Positions 26,075 through 35,195 of a DNA stretch of 64,000 nt are shown piece after piece. The DNA comes from Octopus bimaculoides. Taxonomy: Eukaryota. The position numbers and the translations under genes are program-made. The notes under the pieces are model-generated. The model saw only the letters and a program-made list of their open reading frames with translations. It had not been told where the DNA came from and did no database searches. Positions within the stretch are counted from its first letter, which is position 1. The number at the start of each line of letters is the position of its first letter. The stretch spans positions 187,897,941 to 187,961,940 of the forward strand of contig NC_068981.1 of the NCBI RefSeq assembly GCF_001194135.2, given 5' to 3'.

Positions 26075-26458
26075 AATTTCAAATAAGTTTTGGTTTTCTT
26101 CCGGAGTATTGTTTTGACAAGCAGGTTTTCCCCACTTTCTCAAACGCTGTCATTACTTTCGAGACAGTACTTCTTGATACACCAAACATTTCTGCTGTTT
26201 TCGTTACGCTCGCGCCTGCCATACGAGCACCAACAATTTGACCTCTTAGAAAGTTTAATAGACCTGTCATTTTAATGAATTTTAATTGCCCTTTTCTGAT
26301 GATATCTGAAAAGAAACAGCAATTTTAGAGAAACATATTAAGCAACACTAATAATAAATCAAAAAACGTAAAAATAAACAAGCTTTTGACGGTTTTATAG
26401 ATATTTCAAAATTATGATGCTATGATTCTAGGTGTTTCCATTATTTTGTGCAACCTTG
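26075..26458 (-). mobile_element. Tc1-family DNA transposon left end: TIR plus N-terminal transposase fragment
   Basis: ORF 26079..26270 FLRGQIVGARMAGASVTKTAEMFGVSRSTVSKVM..SGRKPKL is a Tc1 HTH plus GRPR-like motif; TA|CAAGGTTGCACAAAATAATGGAAACACCT terminal repeat at 26430-26460. Confidence 0.85.
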
Positions 26459-26479
26459 TACGTTCACGCATGCAACAAA

Positions 26480-27085
26480 ATATTTAGCGGTATTTCTTTC
26501 AGCACTTTACGTTCTATGTTCAAATCCCGCTGAGGTCAACTATGCCGTTTATCCTCTCGGAATCGATAAAATAACGTGGTAATCCATTAGTGGGGGTGAT
26601 GTGATGCACTAACTCGCTCCTCTAAAATTTCCAGCCGTATGCCAGAAGAATTGTTAGTGCTTGGTGACATTCTCTCCGGCTCATTCCGTTCTGAGTTCAA
26701 ACTCCGCTGAGTATGGCTTTTGTGTTTTATTCTTTCTGGGTTGATAAAATAAGTACCAGTTGAGCACTGGAATCAATGTAATTTTATTCATTCGCTCTCC
26801 TAAAAATTGCTGGTTGGATGCCAATATTGTAAAATGATTGAATATCACCTGGTCAACTCATCCCCGTAATAATGCATTCAAATTTTGGCACAAGGCCAGA
26901 GATTTCGATGGATGAGAGAAAGTCGATTACATTAACCCCAGTGCCAGACTGGTGTTTATTTTATTGACCTTGAAAGAGTAAATTGCAGAGGCGACTTAAG
27001 CGGAGTTTGAACTCAGAATATAAAGATGAACGAAATACCATTAAGTATTTTGCCCGGCGTGCTAATGATTCTGCCAGCTCGCTAC
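26480..27085. mobile_element. Cluster of three degenerate family A SINEs (+,+,-)
   Basis: B-box-like GTTCAAATCCC/GAGTTCAAACTCC on plus; AAATTTTGGCACAAGGCCAG..GCTAATGATTCTGCCAGCTCG on minus. Confidence 0.75.
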
Positions 27086-27864
27086 GTTTATGCCAGTAAT
27101 ACACTTCTCATATTAGTGCAATAAAAATTTAGAACCTTTCATATGTCTACCGTTACTTTAATCTACCAGAACACGCAGATCCTCATTAACGAGTGAGGTC
27201 CGAATTAGATGAGTTATTGTTATAAAACACTACTCTTATTTATTTACTGTGACATTAATTAGTAACAACAACATAAAACCTGATATCTATAAAACACCAT
27301 AGATAAAGGAATAGGAATTCAATTTTCTGACAGATACTCGTATCACAAATTTCTCGAACAAATCGTTGTGAAAAGAAAGACCCACCTAAACTATAAGATG
27401 TTCAAAGACTTATTATCACACAAAACCCATTCGTCTGAAGGCAACAGCACAATGGTGTCTGTGAATCCTAATAAAAGTTACTATTGTCATATTAAATTAG
27501 ACTAAGTTTCGATTATTTAAAAAATATTTCCAAGCAATAAAAATAGCTAATTGCTTTACTTTGTTAATGATCGTGTGATTTTCTTTACAATATCACAGAG
27601 AATATATTGCGCCATTCACTAATTATATGGTATCTATAGATTCTAAACGATACAAGTTTACAAGTTAACATCTTGTTTGTTTTATGTATACTAATGAGAA
27701 CATTGTTTCAGGATATGGGTGGGAACACATACGCATTATTAATTTGAAATTCTGTTGAAATATTCCTTCTATTTACTTTCTGAATTACTTGTGGATTGAA
27801 GGTTTCGAATTGAGATCTTCCAGAAATAACAAATCTCTAATAATAGGATAAGCTTTCATTTAGA

Positions 27865-28045
27865 TACAATAATTGACACTCCGACGGTTACGACGACAAG
27901 TGTTGATTCGATCAACCGAACAGCCTACACATAGAATTAACGTGCAAGTGGTAGAGCCCTCGACATACACGCGTACCGTTAACGCAGTTTTCAAGGAGTT
28001 GCAACGTGACGCAGAATGTGACAGCAATGACCCTATGAAATACAA
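27865..28045 (-). mobile_element. SINE family B2 3' tail fragment
   Basis: GTGACGCAGAATGTGAC..TGAAATACA overlaps the tail of the B2 copy at 34338-34400. Confidence 0.65.
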
Positions 28046-28047
28046 TC

Positions 28048-28370
28048 ATCGGCGAGGTTGACTTTGCCTTTCATCCTTTCGGAGCCGATAAATTAAGTAC
28101 CAGTTGCGTACTGGAGTCGATCTAATCGACTGGCCCCCTCCACCAAAATTTCGCGCCTTGTGCTGTGAGTAGGAAAAAGTCGTTATCATGCTGGACGAAA
28201 TGCTTATCTGCATATCATCCGTCTTCATATTCTGAGTTCAAATTCTGCCGAGGTTATCTTTGCCTTCCATCGTTTCGGGGTCGATAAAATAAATACCAGT
28301 TGAGCACTAGAGACGATGTCATCACCTTACACCCTCCCAACAAACTGCAGGCCTGGTGGCACAATTTGAA
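28048..28370 (+). mobile_element. Two family A SINE fragments in tandem
   Basis: CGAGGTTGACTTTGCCTTTCATCCTTTCGG..tail 1; then GAGTTCAAATTCTGCCGAGG..tail 3. Confidence 0.8.
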
Positions 28371-28944
28371 CCGAATGTTAATTATTATAATTATAATTAC
28401 CACGTTGTCCTTATTTGTTTGCAAGTGTATGTTGCGTGATTAAGTGTGTCTTCGTATGTATGGAATTATCTCGTGAGTGTTTTGAGTGCATAGAATTGTA
28501 TTTGTAAATCAATATCTATTTCTTTGCTTCACTGCAAACCTTTCGTTTATGTTTCTGATTCTATTTTAGCATTTCATCTGTTAATGTTAATTAAGTACAC
28601 TCTCTCAAATAATATCAACAGCAACACGTGATAGAAACACATATGGATATACATGCCTTAGCCGCTTTGGGACTTCTCAAGCGATGAATGTAAGTAGGAA
28701 AATTGAAAGGAGGCAGCTAGAAGGTGAGAAACACATCTTTACGAACTGAACGTTAGCAGATCTACAGGCTGGATGATGATGATGATGATTGACGGATGTG
28801 GTATCTGCATATCTACTCTGAAAACAGCGATAAAAACGTCCACAAGAATTAACATAACATCCTGTTCTTGCTGCGGCTATTACAAATGTCTTTGTCTCAA
28901 GGTCTCTTTCAGATTACATACTTTTACGCATCTCACTCTCATAC

Positions 28945-29100
28945 AGCGGTCACTCACTCTGCTAGAAATATCCTTCAAAGTATATCACATCTTAAAACTT
29001 GACATGGCGTGGTCAATTTAGACACAGGTATGCAAATTCAGATTGTTATGCTACTGACCATAGTTATCTCGATCCGAAGCGAGCTGGGGCTAAACAACAC
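28945..29100 (+). mobile_element. Degenerate family E repeat ending GGGGCTAAACAACA
   Basis: CTGCTAGAAATA..CTTAAAA motif shared with the other E copies. Confidence 0.4.
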
Positions 29101-29112
29101 CAATATGATGCT

Positions 29113-29449
29113 GAGACCCCCTTCGGTCATGACTGACCATGGGATTGCACCTAGAAAGTTACCCTCCCAGGCGCAAGACCGGGCAGTGTTGTTTATGGAA
29201 GACCAGCAGTCGCCCATGCATACCGGCCTTCCCTCTCCACGCCACCAGTGTTATCCAAGGGAAAAGGCAAAGGGCCGATACAGCTTGGCACCTGTGACGT
29301 CGTAACTCATTTCTACAGCTGAGTGAACTGGAGCAACGTGAAATAAAGTGTCTTGCTCAGGAACACAACACACAGCCCGGCCCGGGATTCGAACTCACAA
29401 CCTTACGATCGTAAGATCGACGCTCTAACCACTGAGCATGCGCCTTCAC
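29113..29449 (-). mobile_element. Full-length, relatively intact SINE family B1 (CORE-type)
   Basis: Minus strand GTGAAGGCGCATGCTCAGTGGTTAGAGCG..GAGTTCGAATCCC head, CORE-like CTGAGCAAGACACTTTATTTCACGTTGCTCCAG, B1 tail. Confidence 0.9.
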
Positions 29450-29614
29450 ACAACAGCAATAATAACAACAGTAAATATTACAAACTCCCCACAACAGAGT
29501 TGGCAAAACAAACGTATGGCGGAAAAGGATTTGGTGGGTGAGTGAGTGAGTGAGTGAGTGGAATTCTATCTCATCAAAACTCAAAAGACATAATCTCTCA
29601 ACAGATGTATATTT

Positions 29615-30496
29615 CTGATTGGTTTCAAATTTTGGCTCAAGGCCAGCAATTTTCAAGGTGGGACTAATCCATTACATCGACCCCAGTGTTCAACAGGGTA
29701 CTTATTTTGGATCTATTTCAAAACGGGGGCGCCAGTTTTCATTTATGTTTTATGTAGTGTTTTTGGTACGGAAAGACTTTCAAACTTCGTATACTTATCT
29801 ATTTTGTGTTATAGAACAGAAAAATATTTTTGTATTCGAATTTATTTCATGTAAAAAATTGTCTTATTTCGATAATTTCTACTAATCACTGACGTCTATT
29901 CAGTTGAAAACAGTTAGCGCTGTAACGGTGTATATCGTATTAATCCCCTAACCCTAACCCTAACTAGACTGTTAACCGTAACCGTAACCGTAACCGTAAC
30001 CCTAACCCTAACTCTAGAATCCGAACTCTAAAATTGTTACACACATAATACGCACAGCGTAATTTATTATATAGACAATATATGCGTATAAATTACGATT
30101 AAACCGGATGAAATATGTCACAGGGAATAACATTTTTATGACCGCCCAGCAGTAACTCTATTCAGCTGAATAGACGTCAGTGATTGGTTGAAATTACAGA
30201 AATACGACAACTTTAACATGGAATAACTTGCGAATTCCTTTTTTTTTTGTTAAGAAGACTAAGAGTAAAAGATGTTTTATATGACACATTCTACCAGTGT
30301 CCCAAGTTTCAAAGTGTTTCGTTAGTGTTTCGTTAAGAAAATACTGGCGCCCCCGTTTTAAAATAGATCCCTTATTTTGACGACTCTTAAATACAGAGTC
30401 GGCCTAGGTGGAATTTGTACTTAGATCGTAAAGATAGACGAAACACCACTAAGCACTTTTCTCGGCGCGTTAATGACTCCACCAGCTTACCGCCTT
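29615..30496 (-). mobile_element. Family A SINE interrupted by a TIR element
   Basis: Tail 3 and body at 29615-29708; head half resumes at 30379-30496. Confidence 0.8.
29709..30370. mobile_element. 662-bp non-autonomous TIR element (MITE-like) with 8-bp TSD; GG termini compatible with Merlin
   Basis: TIRs GGATCTATTT(C/T)AAAACGGGGGCGCCAGT 27/28 identical; TSD CTTATTTT at 29701-29708 and 30371-30378; inner inverted repeat 29874-29916/30153-30195; central (CCCTAA)/(CCGTAA) array. Confidence 0.9.
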
Positions 30497-30525
30497 AGAA
30501 GTGTATTTGATATTGGAGGAAATGG

Positions 30526-30730
30526 AGGCGGCGAGCTGGCAGAATCGTTAGCACTTCGGGCAAAATGTTTAGCGATTGTTACGTTCTGAGTTCAAATTCC
30601 GCCGAGATCGACTTTGCCTCTCATTCTTTCGGGGTCGATAAATTAAGTACCAGTGAAACACTGGGGTCGGTGTATTCGAGCAGTCCCCCTCCCCACAAAT
30701 TTCAGGCCTTGTGCCTATAGTGGAAAAAAA
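30526..30730 (+). mobile_element. SINE family A
   Basis: GGCGGCGAGCTGGCAGAATCGTTAGC..GAGTTCAAATTCCGCCGAG..TTTCAGGCCTTGTGCCTATAG. Confidence 0.9.
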
Positions 30731-30822
30731 TATTGAAGGAAGTGAAAGGCGTCAGGCTGACAGGATTGTTAGCACGCCGGGTAAAATACTTAGCAACATT
30801 TCGTCCGGCTTTACGTTCCGAG

Positions 30823-31054
30823 CATTATTTACATTATTTACATTATTTACATTCGACGGATATTTGTCCTCATCTTGTTTGTTGTTAACACAAGGTTTCG
30901 GCTGATATACTCTCTAGCCTTCTTCAGGTGTCTTGGGGTATTTTTCGATGTTATCATTATTATTATTATTATTAGTGTTCAGCTCACTGCTTAGAATCGA
31001 ACTCGGAATCTTAGGGTTAGTAGCCCGCGCTCTTAACCACTACGCCATATGCCC
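30823..31054 (-). mobile_element. tRNA-headed SINE carrying a PLE-type hammerhead (copy 1), flanked by 8-9-bp TSD
   Basis: Sense GGGCATA-TGGCGTAGTGG(A box)..GAGTTCGATTC(B box)..(AAT)n..GACAC CTGAAGA A GGCT..AGCC GAAAC..(TAAATAATG)3; TSD GTTCCGAG at 30815-30822 and 31055-31062. Confidence 0.85.
30887..30932 (-). ncRNA. Minimal type I hammerhead motif, copy 1 (G16.2->C mutated)
   Basis: GACAC/GUGUU stem I, CUGAAGA core, stem II GGCU/AGCC, GAAAC-CUU. Confidence 0.6.
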
Positions 31055-32562
31055 GTTCCGAGTTCAAATTCCGCCGAGGTCGACTTTACTATTTACATTT
31101 CTGAGGCCGATAAAACAAAATACCAATCAAGGTCTGGAGACGATGTAATCGATTTGATCTTCCCCTAAAATTTCAGGCCTTGTATCTATAGTAGAAAGGA
31201 ATATTGAAGGGAATATTTTTGATGGATGCGATGTCATTTAAAAATCCCAGTATATTGGAGGATGTTTATAGGCACATAAAACAAATAATGCACTCACTTC
31301 AACGAGAACAATTAGATTAATAGTATGGTCCTATTTTCATCTACAATGATGTTGAGAATGTGATATCTGAATGCATGGTGGCATAAGATTAGCATGGAAA
31401 CATAGGTATTCGTATTAACCTTTGTGTGACTAGGATTTCGAAATTGTTCAGAGTTGCTATGATTCCAGTATTTACACTGCTTGCTCTCGTTCGGAAACAG
31501 TTCTGGAACCATTAAGCAAAATAAGTATGCGCTTAGGGCATCAAGAGAAGTGGGGTGAGACAGAAATGGTAAATAATTAATGACACAAAAATTACTTTAA
31601 ACTTGCTAAAATAACATTCGAAGTGGTTTAATGATCGGAAGTATAATTTCGAAGTGTTCATAGTGAGGGTCTAATCAAAGACTTTGTAAAAAAAGTAGGA
31701 GAAAAATGTTCAAATATAGATTCTTTATTAAGCCACGAAGGGCCGAACACAGAAGGGACGATACAATGTAGAATTTTTCACTTCAAAGCTGATCAATAGG
31801 GATCGAAAACGTTTTGTGACGTTTACACAAAAGATAACAAAGTATCGTTTTAACAAATAAAATTCCCAAAAGAGGGAGAAAATAAAACACTGACTAGAGT
31901 TATCCGTGGAAAGAAAAACCTACGAAATAAAAGCCGTTTCAAATATAAAAGTGAAAGTATACAAAAATAAAAATCATTTTCTATCTTACTGTTAGTTGTG
32001 CTTTATTTTGAAAATTTAAATTTATTTTATGCTGTATTATCGTTTATATTTTGAATTACATATATATGGGGATGCCGAAATATTTTAGGTGCTTAGGGAC
32101 TTTATGTGTCTTAATCCAGCCCTGCTGGGACTGAATAATGTGCAGAGGTTTTACTTAGGAAAGAAGCTGTTACTCAGATAAGAATGAGTTACAAACTATT
32201 ACTGATATTTCTGCGTCCGGTTAAAACGTGCTGTTCTTAAATGGGAATATAAACCAACGCATTGCACAGAGGTGACTGACTATTTACACAGCAAGAATGA
32301 CCAGACGGACAGACTTTATCAGGCATATGGAAATATTCTTGGGAATGTTCTACTCATTGACGTCAGTGGGCGATTGGAATGGTACCTTAGATGAATGCTG
32401 CAACTTTATAAGAATTAAAGAGAGGAGTGGGAGCAGGGGCTTACCAAGACATTCCATACATTAATACAGTCTTTCAGTGGTGAAGGCATGTGGCAGCTAC
32501 CTCTCCGAAGGTATTTTTCAATGTTACTATTATTATTATTACTATTATTATTATTATTGTTA

Positions 32563-32628
32563 AGTGGTTAAGAGCGCGGGCTACTAACCCCAAGATTCCG
32601 AGTTCGATTCCAAGCAGTGGACTTGAAC

Positions 32629-32666
<38 letters not shown>

Positions 32667-32845
32667 CATCGAAAAATACCTTCGGAATGAGAACCCAGGT
32701 TCGAAATTTCCCCAAGACACCTGATGAAGACTGGAGGGTATATCAGCCGAAACGTTGTGTTAACAAAAAACAAGATGAGGACAATTATCCGTCGAATGTA
32801 AATAATGTACATAATGCCTCATCTCTTAAATATAAAACTGTAATG
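32563..32845 (+). mobile_element. tRNA-headed hammerhead SINE (copy 2), 5'-truncated, preceded by an inverted partial duplicate (32504-32558)
   Basis: Co-linear with copy 1, plus 30 extra internal nt and a longer 3' end. Confidence 0.85.
32716..32761 (+). ncRNA. Minimal type I hammerhead ribozyme, intact catalytic core; predicted cleavage after GUU at 32756
   Basis: GACAC | CUGAUGA | A | GACUGG..UCAGCC (stem II, 1 mismatch) | GAAAC | GUU | GUGUU; ACGU palindromic zero-loop stem III, as in PLE hammerheads that act as dimers. Confidence 0.7.
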
Positions 32846-33933
32846 CAGTGGTATATATGAATTATAATTTATACAGTTTTAATTTTCTCACCATATTCAA
32901 TAGATGTTAATTATTCCCAAAAAGGTGCAGTGGTGTTATTGCCGTGAGATTTGAATATACAGTAATTTTTAGATACAGTTTAAATATTTGTTGGAGAAAT
33001 TTAAAGAAGTTAGCTATAGTTATAAAATTAAATTCATTCATTTATTTACTCTTATAAATATTCTGTAAATTTATTTAAACTACTCTACAGAACGCGTATA
33101 TGATTTAGGAATCTGTACTTGATATTGGCAAACGTGGATTTTAAGCATATTTTGCTTATAATTGTGCTATAATTATTGGATAAAATTTAATGCAACATTG
33201 TATCTAAATTAGAATTTTTTAATAATTTCTTTCATTATTCCAAATTATGTAGCGCAATTTCGTTACCTTTTAAATTAATTGATATTATTTAGACATTTTT
33301 AAGAAACACAAACTATTTTTATAATCAATATGATTTAAATGAATATTGATTTTCGCAGGTTTTAATAAAATTTAGAATTCCGTATGAATATTCTTCATTG
33401 CATTTATCTATAATAGTAGTTCTCATACTGTGCACCATAGACATTTATAAATATAATTTATGGCTGTAAAAAATCCATATTAACCGTTGAGAATTTTGTA
33501 AAACCAGTAATTCATAATTTTGTTATACATAAATATGATTACTAAAACAAGGTAAACAACAGATTTCTCTATTTAAAAAAAAAAATTTAATAAATGTTTC
33601 CATTTTAAACATGAATTCTTTTTCAAACTTGATGGCAATATTTTTCAACTGTCATACAATTCACAGTAGAAATACATTTGTTTGATTTCTACAGCAACTG
33701 GAAGTCAAAATGACTGAGAACCACTAAGTTACGACATTGACGATTTTCGGTTTTTATGATATCTATGAAATTTTTCAACCATAAAGTGAGGTGAAGAAAA
33801 TTGTTTTACAACATGTTTCTGGGATAGATCTTACGACAGTGGACCTTAGAAATGTAACTTCAAATATTGCCTAACTTTGGTTTGATCAATGTTTTATAAC
33901 CGATACCTATTACACTAAAGTTGCGAAGTCCTG

Positions 33934-33970
<37 letters not shown>

Positions 33971-34122
33971 NNNNNNNNNNNNNNNNNNNNNNNNNNNNNN
34001 NNNNNNNNNNNNNNNNNNNNNNNNNNNNNNNNNNNNNNNTGTGTGTGTATGTATGTGTATGTGTGTGTGTGTGTGTGTGTGTGTAAGTGTACATACATAC
34101 ATGCATACATACATGATTATTT

Positions 34123-34337
34123 ATATACGACGGGCTTCTTTCTGTTTCCGTCTACCAAATCCACTCACAAGGCTTTGGTCGACCCGAGGCTAGAGTAGAA
34201 GACACCGTAATCTAGCGGTTCGGTAAAAGAGACCAATAGGATAAGTACTAGACTTACAAAGAATTAGTCGTGGCGTCCATGTCTTCGACTAAAGGTGGTA
34301 TTCCAACAAAGCCGCAGTCTGAAACAAGTAAAAGAAA
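34123..34337. mobile_element. Family C SINE with inverted 5' part (core minus 34123-34206, tail plus 34207-34337)
   Basis: Reverse-complement core joins directly to the sense tail GTAATCTAGCGGTTCGG..GAAACAAGTAAAAG. Confidence 0.8.
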
Positions 34338-34537
34338 GGGAGATTCAGTGTGACGCAAAATGTGACAAGGCCGGCCATTTGAAATACAGGTACTATTCAT
34401 TTTTGCAAGCTGAGTGGACTGGAGCAAAGTGAAATAAAGTGTCTTGCTCAAGGACACAACGAGTCGCCGCGGGAATTGAACTCATGACCTTACGATTATG
34501 AGCCGAATGCCCTAACCACTAAGCCACGCGCCTTCAC
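34338..34537 (-). mobile_element. SINE family B2 (B head and CORE, different tail), 3'-truncated
   Basis: Minus strand GTGAAGGCGCGTGGCTTAGTGGTTAGGG..GAGTTCAATTCCC..CTTGAGCAAGACACTTTATTTCAC..tail CCTGTATTTCAAA. Confidence 0.85.
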
Positions 34538-35161
34538 ATAAGGGAAGACAACTAAGCCTATGATAAACAATTACCGTTAAGGTGATAATTAGTCCATAGA
34601 TATAAACTGTTTAATTTTCTACTGTGTTTGTCTGTGTTGCAGCGGCTTATGTCTTGTAAGAGCTGACTGTAATTTTCTAACACCGTTTTTGTTAAATAAC
34701 CGGCTCCTAAGAGATATCTGTGTTGTTTATAATTAAAAATAATCAATTATGGCTGGACTTCCTTAACAATAACATTAGGTTACGATTATAAATTTGTAAA
34801 ACGGAGTTATATAAGTTTTTTGTGCTAATTTGAATATTTGTATATATAAACCTTACAAGATGTTTAAAATTGATTAATGGTATATCCGTATTGTATCTTA
34901 TTGAATGGGTTGGTCGATAGAATAGAAAATTCGGTATCGATCTGTAATATCAAATTGATGCTTGTTTTCGTTATTACACGCTTGGAGTGGTTGTTATTGC
35001 AAATGTGTGTGTGTGTGTATAAATATGTGTGTGCCTGTGTGTGTCTGTAAGTATACATAAATACATATACATATAAATATATATTTATACATACATACAT
35101 ATATATATATGTATGTGTGAATATATATATATATATATAAGTATATATATATTCATATAAG

Positions 35162-35195
<34 letters not shown>

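Larger units (their letters stand above)
30745..31200 (+). mobile_element. Family A SINE split at its B box by the hammerhead-SINE insertion
   Basis: Head to 30822; resumes GTTCCGAGTTCAAATTCCGCCGAGG at 31055. Confidence 0.85.

Noticed and set aside
26296-26325. CTGATGA..GAAAC
   Set aside because: The intervening sequence cannot form stem II; chance match (likewise CTGATGA at ~15632).
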